NCBI RefSeq assembly: GCF_006345805.1 | Contig: NC_043004.1 | Coordinates: 32,612,001-32,676,000, forward strand | Direction: 5' to 3' | DNA: 64,000 nucleotides | Origin: Octopus sinensis | Lineage: Eukaryota | Shown: piece by piece, positions 25,240-38,070 of the stretch | Numbering within the stretch: the stretch's first letter is position 1 | Layout of the letters: each line of letters opens with the position of its first letter | Made by a program: the position numbers and the translations under genes | Notes under the pieces: model-generated | Databases searched by the model: none | Told to the model about the DNA's origin: nothing | What the model saw: the letters and a program-made list of their open reading frames with translations, nothing else

Positions 25240-25833
25240 CGAGATATATGTCATTTATACCACGCTCCTTTTGTCTACACCTCCTTATAAAATTTTCTTC
25301 AATCACATGTTGACGACTAGTGATGGTTAATTGTCTCCGACAGCATCACATTACTGTAGATATGATAAAAACTAAATAGTTTCACTCTATGGACCAACTC
25401 CCTGCCCACAAAGCAAATACCAGCTTAATAATAGCAAAATGTTTTCACTAATTTCTTTATTATTTTCAAAATGAATTAAAACAAAAGATGTACACTTCAA
25501 CAGGAATATGATAACAAAAGGCTTAAATATTGCGGTAAAGTAGCAAAACTGTTCTGATTTCAAGCCCCGCCGAATATTTGTATTTGGGTCGTCACTGATA
25601 AAATGTAATTTGGGTTTTCATCGATAAAATAAATTTTCTGAGCAGTCCGATGAATTGGCGGAATTTATAGTGCGGTGGATGAAATGCTGTTCTGTGTTTG
25701 TTCTGGCTCTTTACGTTGTAGCAAAATTGTCTGAATCTAGCCAAGAAGATGGTGTCTTTATATAAACACATCCGAGGGGAAGCAACGGTAGATTGTTTTT
25801 GTATTCGCTCATAGAAAGTCCATGGCAAGGACA

Positions 25834-26525
25834 CACGGCCGGCCCTAGGGTTGCTGGCGCTCCGGGTAAGCTGAACTTCGGCGCCCTTACAAGTATAATT
25901 TTTTAAAACTTTCACAAGGAGAATAACTGAAAATGTAGACTAAGAAGCACATGGCGCCCTGAGCGAGAAATTTTTTTCCCCACGAGAGTTCCGGACCCCA
26001 GTTATGAACCCATTTGCATGCAGCCAATCAGAGCTCAACGATCAAACTAATTTATGAGTGCATAATAAGTGATGGGCGATAAGATAAGGTCACTTGGGTA
26101 AGGAATGACCATGCTTGTTTTCACTTTTAATAATGCTTGTTGTTCTTGTTCTTGTTTCAACCATGGCTGCATCTGCGTAGTTATTTGTGTTGTTGTTTAC
26201 TTTGTTGCTAGCACATCACCCTCTACCCACATTTTTCCCATCCACATCTTTACCAAATGGGGCCCTAACAAAATCCGATAATAGGTATAGATGTAAATCT
26301 ATCTAATTACTTGTCTTCTTCTAAAATCAGGCATAACATGGGCGATCGGTCGACTTACAACACCGTTCTTGAATGCCAACCTCTGTTAACTTGACAACAA
26401 GGTCAAAGTGAGCTATGATTGGCTGTATGCAAATGAGTTCATTACTGGGGTTCGGAACTATCGTGGGAAAAAAAATTCGAGCCCCGGGTGAGTGTCCGAG
26501 TTGCTGGTACCTTGAGCCGGCCCTG
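25834..26525. mobile_element. Non-autonomous hAT element (692 bp) with 8-bp TSD
   Basis: TSD caaggaca at 25826-25833 and 26526-26533; TIR cacggccggccctagg vs cagggccggctcaagg (13/16); subterminal ~70-bp inverted repeats. Confidence 0.9.
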
Positions 26526-26654
26526 CAAGGACATAACACAAGTAAAGGAAACCACCAGCGATTGTTCGTGACAGGATATTAGACGAAGAAAAAAAAAACA
26601 AAAAAAAAGAAACAAAATCAGCCAGTGACTAATATTGTTTTAATGCGAACATCA

Positions 26655-26698
26655 ACTTAGAACATGTTTCGGTCTTAATCTGACCTTATCAGCGAAGT
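26655..26698 (-). ncRNA. Decayed minimal type I hammerhead
   Basis: acttcg-CTGATAA-ggtc agattaa gacc-GAAAC-AT-GTT-ctaagt; G8 lost; stem I 5 of 6 pairs. Confidence 0.55.
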
Positions 26699-27487
26699 AT
26701 AACCCTCGTGGTGCTGACTGAAGTAGTAACGAAATACAATCATCTAGAATGTATAAATATATCCTCCCTGCACATTTATTTCTATTTTGCGTTTTACTGC
26801 TCCGTGCATTAAACTTATTAACACCAAACACTTAACTATTACTCTCTTCTGTCGATGGCGTGACTGGATAAAATATTTTCTGAACATTCTCTAAATTATT
26901 TCATTTCTAAACATTGTATTATTTTTCATCATCGCCAACTGTTAACAATCTTGTATATTTATTTAGCGATTCGCTCGTCATTGCTTCGTCATGTACATCG
27001 GAGACTCTGCTTCACCAATGACGTCAGAATAACATCAAAACTAATCCGAAGTTGTCTCCCGTGTATTTGCCGAAAAATTGAAGCATTATTACTCGTTTGC
27101 TAACATCGTTATAACCTCAACGTCTATTCATGTCTTGCTACCATTTTAATACTGAAAAGTATGAAGTAGGTTAGCACTAACTTACCTTTTATAAGTAATT
27201 AGTAGTTTAACAAAGGCTTAGAGGCTATGACGAAAAATGTTTTCTCCAGCTACTCACATACTCGCCCAATCAACAACAATAAGAACAACAACAACAACAA
27301 TAGCAAAAAAAGGTTTTATAAAGATTAAACACGTGCATAATACTGCCCTGTCATCATTATCTTGTATTTCGAGGTTTAAGAGCAGATTATGTTTTGTTAT
27401 TCGATGCTGTCGGTCGTCATAGGCGCCTTAGGGCGTGCGGTAGTTTGGATTGTTCAGCTTCGCTGTGTGTGTGTGTGTGTGTGTGTG

Positions 27488-27522
<35 letters not shown>

Positions 27523-28406
27523 TCTGTGTGCGTGTGTGTGCGATGTTGTCATGTTTTCTACAGTTTCATGCGAGCCTCGAACTAAACTGCTATCTACACC
27601 CCCCGAGCCCTGGAGGTGTGTACGGTATTGTCTTTCGCGAGTGTAGAATTATGTTTATATAGAGCAGATTAACTGGGAGGATCTTTCTGACCATTGTCTT
27701 TAGACGACTTCCAGAATTCTCCGCTTCTGTCTCAGCTGCCAAGAAGAAGAGGGATATTGTTGGTTCGGGACAAACTTCAAAGGTAGAGCAGAATCGTCAC
27801 TCTAGACTGACCAAGTGCACAGAGCAACGATCCCTTTCTGGGCGCATTCATTCAATGACCGAGTATTGTGGACTTATGAAACGATGTCATTGTCACCTGC
27901 CAGACGGATGGATTTGGCTGTCAGCCGTGACCAGTGTGAAGATCTCTCCGCCATCTTTCTGTGATCGGGAAGAGCAGGTAGTTTGTTCTCAGTGGTGAAA
28001 GAGCCTTTGTAGTAAATAAAATAGAAAGATTTTGGACTGAGACTTTCCTCTTTGCTCAAGGCTCCAATCAGTTTCTTCAAATTCTTCATGCTGCTCATAT
28101 TATCAAATATGTCTACTACTACATCAGCACGGTAGAGATAAGAATTCTTATTTTCACACCATTATTTAATGACCAATGAAAGGGTTTACCTCCTAATTTT
28201 GGATTTACAATCTGTTCAGTAACAAAGCATTTTTTCTACTTTGAAAATTGTTTGAATATCCCCTTTTACAAAATGAACAATTCTTCATTTATGAGTATGT
28301 ATTAAGTTGTGGACCCTTATCTTGATCGATCTCTGTCTCACTGTGGCTAATGAAAATGTTACCCCAATTTTTTTCCACAGAGGTCTAGGCCCCAAAAGGA
28401 ATAGCA

Positions 28407-29890
28407 ATATCTTCAAGAAAGTACTTAAGCGGATACCAGAAACGCCAACTCAATGAAAAACATTATAACGAAATTTCTAAATGTCAAAAAGTATCAAACT
28501 ATTTTACAATATCAAGTAGAAGTTTATCATCACCTGTAACTGAAACAAGCCATGCAGGCCCCAGTGAAGTCAATGATAGAGCATAAACCATGAGTGCTCT
28601 GTTTAGCAATAATCGACCTACTGTTGACACTTTTGGTGAAGATGATGATTACGGTGGTCAAGAACTTCTAGAAAAGAGAGAACAGAAACAGGAAGGAAAT
28701 TTGGTGATTTCAGAGAATACAGTGACCTGACAAACTGGCCCGTAACAATTGATAATGATTTCATACAAAACTGTTTCATGCAAGACATCATTTTTTTTTC
28801 AAAATGAAAAAAAAACAGATAATGTATATACTGAATCCAACAAGATTTAGAAACTGCAAAATTGAAGTTTCTCAAACAAATACTTTGAAAAATTGAAAAA
28901 ATGGTCAAACTGTGATGAGATCCTGGTTAGTTTACTCAAAGAGTAAACTCTTTTCTAAATGCCAAATATCATTTACAACGGGTGGGTTTTCTGATTGGAT
29001 AAATATACTCAGAACTCTAGAAAATCATGAAGACAGCGTGGAACATGACAGGGGATGTTGAGCTGGCTAACATGAGAGTCAAATAAAAACATTGTGGATC
29101 AACCTTGAGGAACAGTTGGGGAAAAAAACATGCAGCACTATTTTGAAGTACTTAAAAAGTGAAAGAGGTTTAGCATTTAGAGGTCATGAGGAAAAGTGGG
29201 GCTCCCCAAATAATGGAAATTTCATGGGGGCCATTGAGCTTATCGCGGAATTTGACCTATTTTTACATGAACATTTAGAGAAATGTAAAAATGAAAAGGT
29301 AAATATTACTTACCTATCCAAATCAATGTATGAAGAATTGATAGAAATCACGGGAAAACATATGAAAGATGAAATGGTGAATCAGATCAACAAACTAGAC
29401 ATCAAATACTACTCAATTATTGTTGACTCTACACCTGACATGATACATGGTGACCAGCTGGTAATTGTGGTTCGATACTGTTATAATGGAAAGCCCTGTG
29501 AGAGATTTTTTTTTTAGCATTTTTGCCAATTGAAAAACATTCACCCACGTCCTTGTTCAACAAAATAATTTCTGGGGGAGCAAAAGCTTTCACTTGAAAA
29601 TATCCATGGTCAGTCATTCGATAATGCTTCCAACATGAAGGGATCAGAGAAAGCGCTGCAAGCACTTCTTAAGAAGATTGACAGGTTTGCAGATTATGTA
29701 CCACGTGCAAGCCATTCACTCAACCTTGTTTGGTTAAAGGAAGTGTCTACTGTACCTGAAGTTGTTGACTATTTTGGCATCTGCAGCAGCTGTATGTTTT
29801 CTTTTCTGAATCTCCTCAAAGATGGGGGATTTTGAACACACAGGGCAATCTAGCCTTTTCTCTAAAGAGCCTAAGTGTAACTAGATGGTT
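28407..29890 (+). pseudogene. hAT transposase pseudogene (TTF-type zinc finger + DUF4371/ZMYM1-like region)
   Basis: RKYLSGYQKR; RSWLVYSKSK..GGFSDWINILRTLENHEDSVEH; LAFRGHEEKWGSPNNGNF; YYSIIVDSTPD..H.DQL...RY; YVP.ASHSLNLV; LKSLSVTRW; many stops and frameshifts, C-terminus missing. Confidence 0.9.
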
Positions 29891-29894
29891 TGTA

Positions 29895-30490
29895 CACTAT
29901 GTGTCTACCATTCTTTCGAGGTTCTCCGGTGCTGCCTGGATGATTATTTCCAGGGTCTGCCCATGCCAATTCTTCGGTGGCGTTCTCGTTACTCGGAGGA
30001 ACTCTATCTTCTCTTCAACATCCAACAATATTGCAGCCACCAGCCAGGCGACATCTACCTCCGGGGGGAATCTTTTCCACCCTTACCCTGGAATCACGTC
30101 TTCCAAGGTAAGTAAGCAGAAGTATTACCTCGACTGTTTTCAGGGAGGCTACTGAATGCTGCCTGACATTCTTCTGGGATGCAAATCGCACCTCCAACGT
30201 AGCGTAGTTTCTCCTTCTGGCAATATGACATCCTGCCAGTTGGATCTCAAAGTCTTCTCTACTTGCATTTTTGTTACTATCTACATTTTCTTTACCTCCA
30301 GATTATACGTTCTGTATATTACTGTCTTTGTGTGTCCCTTGCAACTTCACTAGAAGGGGCCACTTTTACCGCGGGCCCTTCTCTTCGCAGGATTTCCTTG
30401 TACTTTTTTAAGCCTGCCTTCTTAAAATAAATTTTTTCGGTTTTTTCCTCAGCCGCAACTGCAAAATTCATTTTATTCCATCTTCATTTT
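29895..30490 (-). pseudogene. Probable non-LTR retrotransposon ORF1 remnant
   Basis: Frameshifted RRNYATLEVRFASQ..LLLTYLGRRDSRVRVEKIPP / EVDVAWLVAAILLDVEEKIEFLRVTR..QAAPENLERMVDT; resembles cephalopod LINE ORF1 proteins from recall only. Confidence 0.45.
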
Positions 30491-30916
30491 TGCTGGTCTG
30501 CAATAACCAAACTTCTCAGTAATTCTTCTTCAGACGTAACGACGTCTGAAGAATTCATATCTTCATACATCACGAAAACGCAAGTAATGCGCCTCCCCCT
30601 TCAAACAAGGGGGACAGCGTTAACAAGACTGCTGTAAGGCAGCAAAAGCAAGTGTCTCAAGACAACAGTTAATAACAGATATAATCCAGCATTCCTTTCG
30701 AACGACGCACAAACAAAATTCGCGACCAACTCGGTCAGAGATGATTGGAACAACGGTGAAAAAAATATCAATGCTAATTTATTGATGCATTTGGCAAAAC
30801 TATATCTTTATGATCAAACAATTGCAAAAAAAAATGTTTAAAAACTTCAAGACTCTGCAAAAATCCAGTACAAATACTTCATGGTTCAAAACGTTGCTTA
30901 CTTTTTACTCAACCTG

Positions 30917-31005
<89 letters not shown>

Positions 31006-31006
31006 G

Positions 31007-31485
31007 GGAAAAAAAGTCAAGGTAGAAAATGTTAAAATAATTTTACAAAAAACATTTCAGTACCGCTTCCAGTCATTAAGACTTTTTCAACTGTAACAAT
31101 TAAACAATTAAATTTAGAAAAATTAAAAGAAATTTTTTTTTAAAGAATATTTGTATAGTGTTCAAATACAAGTGGTATTTTCCTTTGTTTCTGCCTGTCT
31201 CTGTCTCTCTTGTTTACTCTTGTAGGTTCGAGGTCCTTGTACCAAGAATTCACAAGGACCTCGAACCCACAAGAGTAAACAAGAGAGACAGAGACAGGCA
31301 GAAACAAAGGAAAATGCCACTTGTATTTGAACACTATACAAATATTCTTTTAAAAAACTTTTCTTTTAATTTTTCTAAATTTAATTGTTTAATTGTTACA
31401 GTTGAAAAAGTCTCAATGACTGGAAGCGGTATTGAAATGTTTTTTGTAAAATTATTTTAACATTTTCTACCTTGACTTTTTTTCC
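31007..31485. repeat. Near-perfect 234-bp-arm palindrome with 11-nt spacer
   Basis: Arms 31007-31240 and 31252-31485; 7 mismatches by manual alignment (~97%); flanked by TA repeats. Confidence 0.95.
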
Positions 31486-31546
31486 ATATATATCAACTCG
31501 TGTGTTCCTTTTTATCCTTATACATATATATATATATATACATACA

Positions 31547-31622
<76 letters not shown>

Positions 31623-31689
31623 CACACTAGCTTACATGTCCAACTAAATCCACAAGTTTTTATTTTTATTCTCTCTTTGTTTATTTCAT

Positions 31690-31820
31690 CGTGTTCCTTT
31701 CTATTGAAGAGCGTAGGCTCGAAACGTAAAAGACTCTCTCACCTTCCAGAGTGTCAGACTAATATAGCTGCTTGTTTATATACCTATCTACGTTTTGTTT
31801 TTTGTAAATTTCAACTATAT
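31690..31820 (+). mobile_element. Penelope-type pseudo-LTR fragment with variant hammerhead (31697-31734)
   Basis: cttt-CTATTGA-A-gagc gtag gctc-GAAAC-GTA-aaag; homologous to 4300-4432. Confidence 0.55.
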
Positions 31821-31833
31821 ATATAATATATAT

Positions 31834-32211
31834 ACTAGCAGTATCGCCCAGCGTTGCTCGGATTTGTTTCAACCCTTTAGAATTGGAATTTTTGAAAAGT
31901 AAAACTTTTGTATTATGTAGCTTGTTATTCTCTCTAAGTGAACATTTTTCTGGTTGAAATACACCGAAAAATGGCGACACAGCAGTCAAAAAATCGTAAA
32001 AAATAGGAATTTTCATAGAAAAAAAAAGCACCTTTTTGATGTAAATATTTTTTGGTGTTAACGTGGTCCGATTTAAATTTTTTCTTCTACAGAAGGAAGA
32101 GCAAGCCTTATTCTATCATACTCTCAATTTTGGTCAACTTGCGCCGCAAGGTCTCGGAGGAGATAGTGTTAGTTGAAGGCTACCAAACCTGCCATACACA
32201 GACAACTTCAG

Positions 32212-32220
<9 letters not shown>
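31834..32220 (+). mobile_element. Helentron/HINE-like non-autonomous element
   Basis: 5' actagcagtatcgcccagcgttgctcgg, 3' aattttggtcaacttgcgccgcaaggtctcggaggagat..acagacaacttcagctttatatata, inserted in TA repeats. Confidence 0.65.
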
Positions 32221-32268
<48 letters not shown>

Positions 32269-32339
32269 GCGTGTGTTTGTGTGTGTGCATGTATGTATAT
32301 ATTTATTTAAACACAGTGGGACCTGCTTATCGTAACCGC

Positions 32340-32374
<35 letters not shown>

Positions 32375-33979
32375 TAATAATAATAATCATAATGATATCA
32401 GGTGGTCATTATTATCTTCCTAATGAGCCCTTTCAATGGTAGGTGTGCTTCACAGATGATGGTAAGTTTATGTTTTATAATTACTAATCATGTTGTTGCA
32501 GGTAAATTCACTGAACCGTTAACGCTAAACTAACCTCACTCGTGACACACTCCACATGACCTGGACAACAATAAACCAAGAGGAGGGGGTATTTTCTTTG
32601 TCCTCTCTCATCACCCCATAAAGAGTTGGGGTGGAGTGGGGGAGATATCCTTTGTGATTTCTTCGTGATTTGAAACAAATAAAATATCGTTGTATAGACG
32701 CACCTTTTGCCTGGTACCTTTTGTTATCTGAACACGAATTGTTGCCGTTATCTTATCTGAGGTGTGCCGCTCGAAATTATGGTACCACAATAGGGTGGCT
32801 TGCCATTGTTGTTGCTGGTGCCAGTTAGGCGGTGGTGTTAGTGTTGGTGTTGTTGCTGTCCATTTTTAAAGCAACACCGAACTGTCCAGACCTACATCAA
32901 CTTGTGATATTATGTTTGCTGTGAATCTCCTCCACATTGATAAACGGTCCCAAACATTATTTTTGTGATTCTAAACAGTATTAAGGCCTGTAATATTCAT
33001 AGTGGGCTTTTCTCACAACATATTTGACATATGTATGTATGTATGTCCCGGGTAAGACTTTCAACTGCATCTGGCTTGGTATGGGATTTCCAGGGATTTT
33101 GAGGAGTGTGGAACCACCTCTTAACCACCCTTGTTCCCTGGTCTACTCTGGCATGGCGTACTAGCACCTGCTCGAGTCCCAGTTAGGGGTTAACTATCAT
33201 GTGAACCATTGGGTGTGAAAGACTTCCATCTTGAATTTCCTTTCAGGAGAAGGTAAACTTGTATAAAAAAACCCGTAAATTCAGTTGGTTTCTGGTCGCC
33301 TCAGCCTCTTTCGTGCCACTGGTTTTTATCATAGTTGATTTCACTGAGAAGTTTGTATTTGCGTACCATTTCTCCGTTTTTCCATCCTTGTTTTCGTATA
33401 CATTCGCTGCTTTCTTCCAAGGAATCTAGTGCTCTTAGCTTAATTTTTCCTTGGGGCTGGCCAGATTGGAGCAATCTCGAGTATAATCAGCCGAAATTGT
33501 AAAGATAATCTGGAACTCGACTGAAGAAAGAAAACTCCAATTGACCCTTCCTTGGTTTTTGTATTGTCTGTCTGGATGTTCTGTTGTCCCTGTTTTGTAT
33601 CATCTAACTGTCTGTCCGTTCTTGTCCCATTTTTGGTATTCCTTTTTATATATGTATGTATGTATGGCTGTATGGATGTATATATGTATGAATATATCTT
33701 TTTTTTTTCCTTTCGAATTTCTCTAAGATTTCTCCTCTCCAGAACTCAAGTTGGTTCCTAATAAAATAGCAAGGGTCATTTTTGTTTAAATCAAGGGAAA
33801 TATTGGCATCTGTGTACCCGTACATTAGTTAATGTGTGCATGTATGAAGGTGCATGTGTCGTTAAGCATATATCTATGTGGTGGATGTCCGCGTCACTTT
33901 AGTACACGCTCGTGTGCCTCGTTACTGTGTGTGTGTATGAGTTATTTCATATGAACACATAACTGCGTGCATGTACTGA

Positions 33980-33993
33980 GCTCAAATACCTTA

Positions 33994-34042
<49 letters not shown>

Positions 34043-34043
34043 T

Positions 34044-34092
<49 letters not shown>

Positions 34093-34106
34093 AATAATAA
34101 TAATAA

Positions 34107-34137
<31 letters not shown>

Positions 34138-34140
34138 AAT
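33980..34140. repeat. (AAT)n(GAT)n(AAT)n array
   Basis: Direct inspection. Confidence 0.95.
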
Positions 34141-34293
34141 GAAATTATTGTATACAGTGCTCAGGTGCACCACAACTTGTCAAAAGTGCATATAAAGAAT
34201 ATGCAGTAATGTACAAATGTCTGGAAATGAATGTGTGTGTGTATGTATGTATATACATGTAAACCTATCTATCTATCTATCTATCTATCTATA

Positions 34294-34368
<75 letters not shown>

Positions 34369-35076
34369 ACACACATACACATTCATATACACACGCATGT
34401 ATACACACACACACACACACACACACACATGCACACACACAGATACACACATATATACATATACATAGATGTGTTTGCGTGTGCGTGTGTGTCTCTCTGT
34501 GTGTGTGTGTGTGTGTGATGTAGGTGTGATTTGCTTTCGAGCTTCTCAACTTTACATCAAGCAATGTCAGGACAACCGAAAGCTTTCGTTGATATAACAA
34601 ACAGGAACGGAGAGAGAAGAAGACTAAATTGGATCGGCTGAGCGAAGATTAGCAACTGGAGTGTGATGATTAAAAGAAGAGATAGTGTGTGTGTGTGTGT
34701 GTATTAATGGGTAGGGAGAGAGAGAGAGAGAGAGAAGATGTTGAGAGAATAGCGCAGGTAAGAAGAAGGGGTGGTATTATCTCCAAGAAAGATTAATGAT
34801 GTAAGAAGAAACGAAAAAAAAAATGCTAAACAAACGCACAAACAACAAGAACAACAACAAAAACCGAATAATTTATGGAAGCAAAAATAAAAATCACTTT
34901 CAAAATTACCTAGGAACCCTGAGGGCTAGTTTTCTATTTTAAGCTGAGTTTTTTTCTTCACGATTCACCGAATAACTGATCTAAGGTACTGGATAATGTT
35001 AGCGGAGAGCCGTACAAAACTCTGGGCCCTCACATTAAACACGCTCGCTCTCATTATGTGTCAGTAAGGTTAGACT

Positions 35077-35225
35077 AAAATAAAGATTTGTTCTGAACTA
35101 CTTGGGGGAAACTTAAAGAAGCGATTCTCTCTCTCTCTCTTTCGATTCCTTTATATTAGTTTCTCGTCCTGCACCAGCGTCGCCATCTCACAACGAGAAT
35201 CCTCTCGTAAATGAGTCTGAAACGA
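35077..35225 (+). repeat. Unclassified dispersed repeat (second copy 46907-47043)
   Basis: Shared aaaataaagatttgtt..ctactt.ggg..ttaaagaagcga..tagtttct..cacca.cgtcgcca..agtctga. Confidence 0.7.
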
Positions 35226-35501
35226 ATGGAATCCACGTGATGTAGGTGCGTGTGGAGGAGTGTGTGTATATATACGTATATATATCTACATATATGCATG
35301 CATACATACATTTATATAAATATATGTCGTGTGTCTGGCATATACATACATACATACATACATACATACATACATACATACATACATACATGCATGCATG
35401 TGTGCATGCATGCATACATATATACATGCATGCATACATACATACATACATATACACATGCATGATTGCATACATGCATACATACATACATACATACATA
35501 C

Positions 35502-35532
<31 letters not shown>

Positions 35533-35861
35533 CATGCATGCATGCATACTTACATGCATACATACATACATACATACATACATACATGCATGCATACATA
35601 CATAGATACATAGATACATACGTACATACATACATACACACAATATATATATGTGTGTGTATGAGTGTATATATATATGAATGTATGTATATTTGTATTT
35701 ATGTACATGAACGCATTTATACAAATTTGGTGTTTAGTGTCCGTCAGTGCGTGTGTTTTTCTATCTAGGTATATATATGTATGCATGTGTATGAGTGTGT
35801 ACGAGTGTGTGTGTGTATGAGTGTTTGAGTGTGTGTGTGTATGAGTGTGTGTGCGTGTGTG

Positions 35862-35892
<31 letters not shown>

Positions 35893-36266
35893 TGGGCTTA
35901 GGGTTGTGTGTATATAGCGAATCTGACAATAAACTCGTCGCTTCTCTCATCCAGTAAAATATTAGCGTTTATTTATTACAAGAAACGAAACAACGACAAC
36001 AGCACCAGCAACAACAACAACAACAAGTGAAATAACAAAATGAACAACAACAACAACAACGACAACAACGACAACAACGACAACAACGACAGCTACAATC
36101 GATTATCAACACATTACTATAGATCTTCGTGGACCTTACTTCTTGAAGGTGAATCGTCCCACAGACTGCAACAATCAATGTGTGTGTGTGCGCGTGTGTG
36201 TATGTATGTATGTATGTACATATATATCTATATGTATATATATAGATATATTATATATATATGGAA

Positions 36267-36308
<42 letters not shown>

Positions 36309-36309
36309 C

Positions 36310-36340
<31 letters not shown>

Positions 36341-36375
36341 TATATATATATATATATTATATATTATATATATAT

Positions 36376-36427
<52 letters not shown>

Positions 36428-36690
36428 TATATATATACATACATATTTGTGTGTGTGTGTCCTCTTTGTTTTGTGCTGATTAAAACTTGGGACGAAAATA
36501 CATTTTGCTCAAAATCGATAACTTGCAGTCTTAGCAGTTTTTCTTGCAGTATTTCAGTGTCTTGGATGAACGGAGATAAGTGGTTGGGATATTGAGAGAT
36601 GCATGGGATAATCTAGATAGAGAGACGGGATAGACGGGACAGACAGACAGACAGGCAAGCAGACAGATAGATAGGTAGATAGATAGATAG

Positions 36691-36723
<33 letters not shown>

Positions 36724-36933
36724 GGATGGATGGATGGATGGATGGATGGATGGATGGATGGATTTGATAGTAGAGAGATGTAGATAGACTACAGAAAGAT
36801 AGATAGATGGATGGGATATGAAGATAGACAGACACGGCAGGGGTGTAATTTGAGAGATTTTGCTGCTAAGCAAATAGATGCACCGCAGGACTTAGAAGAA
36901 TAACTCATTCTTTACTTTCTCTGTCTGTCTCTC

Positions 36934-36979
<46 letters not shown>

Positions 36980-37584
36980 TCACACACGGAGTACAACACA
37001 ACACACAACTCATCGCGTAATACAACACACACATCACAACACGTCCATCACATGACACGCAGCACAACGGAACGCGCACAACCGACTACACACTCAACAC
37101 TCAACACAAACACATATAATTAAACATACAGACAAACCAATACACACAACAGAAATAACAGCCCACAGAGTGCAAAACTCATACACATGCACTCACAAGT
37201 ACATATGCACGCACACGATCACATGCGCGCATGCACACACACATACACATGCACTCACATGCATACATACATACGTGCACTCATACACACACAGATGCGC
37301 ATGCATACATATACATACATGCACATACATACACACCATTAAACCCACCAGCAGAACCCTACTTTGCTAAATCTCCCTCAAAGCAAATTCTTTATCGCTT
37401 TAGAAAACGGAAGAGACCCATGGATTCTGGATTGTGGAATCTTCTAGAATACTCTATGCGATGACAGAAAAATGTTTGATTTGCCCCAGCTGGAATGCCT
37501 CTGATCATAGGTCTGCTTGATCAGGTTGACTATGGGCTCAACAACAACAACAACAACAACAACAACAGCAACACAACCTTTCCG

Positions 37585-37739
37585 CTCGTCGCTATGTTCC
37601 GAGTTCAAATTGCACCGAGGTCGACTTTACCTTTCATCCTTTCGGGATCGATGAATTAAGTACCAGTTACGCACTGGAGTTGATGTAATCGACTACCCCC
37701 GTCCCCCAAATTTCAGGCCTTGTGTCTATAGTAGAAAGG

Positions 37740-37781
<42 letters not shown>

Positions 37782-37998
37782 GAGGCGGCGAGCAGGCAGA
37801 AACGTTAGCATGGCGGGCGAAATGCTTTGCGGTACTTCGTCTGCCGTTACGTTCTGAGTTCAAGTTCCACCGAGGTCCCACTTTGCTTTTCATCCTTTCG
37901 GGTTCGGTAAATGAAGTACCATTGAAACACTGGGGTCGATACAATTGACTAGTCCTCACCCTACAAATTTGCGGCCTTGTGCCTCCAGTAGAAAGGAC

Positions 37999-38070
<72 letters not shown>

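Noticed and set aside
27874-28130. Open frames on both strands, faintly like a non-LTR RT segment or an exon
   Set aside because: No catalytic YADD-type motif and no convincing splice pair; unresolved without a search.
32400-32490. QW*VCFTDDGKF as a Tc1 DDE or WW-domain remnant
   Set aside because: Contains a stop, is too short, and has no flanking supporting motifs.
33470-33535. GAAAT..CTGAAGA arrangement in the 10215/33385 repeat family as a permuted hammerhead
   Set aside because: GAAAC is not conserved, the NUH site differs between the two copies, and stems cannot be drawn consistently.
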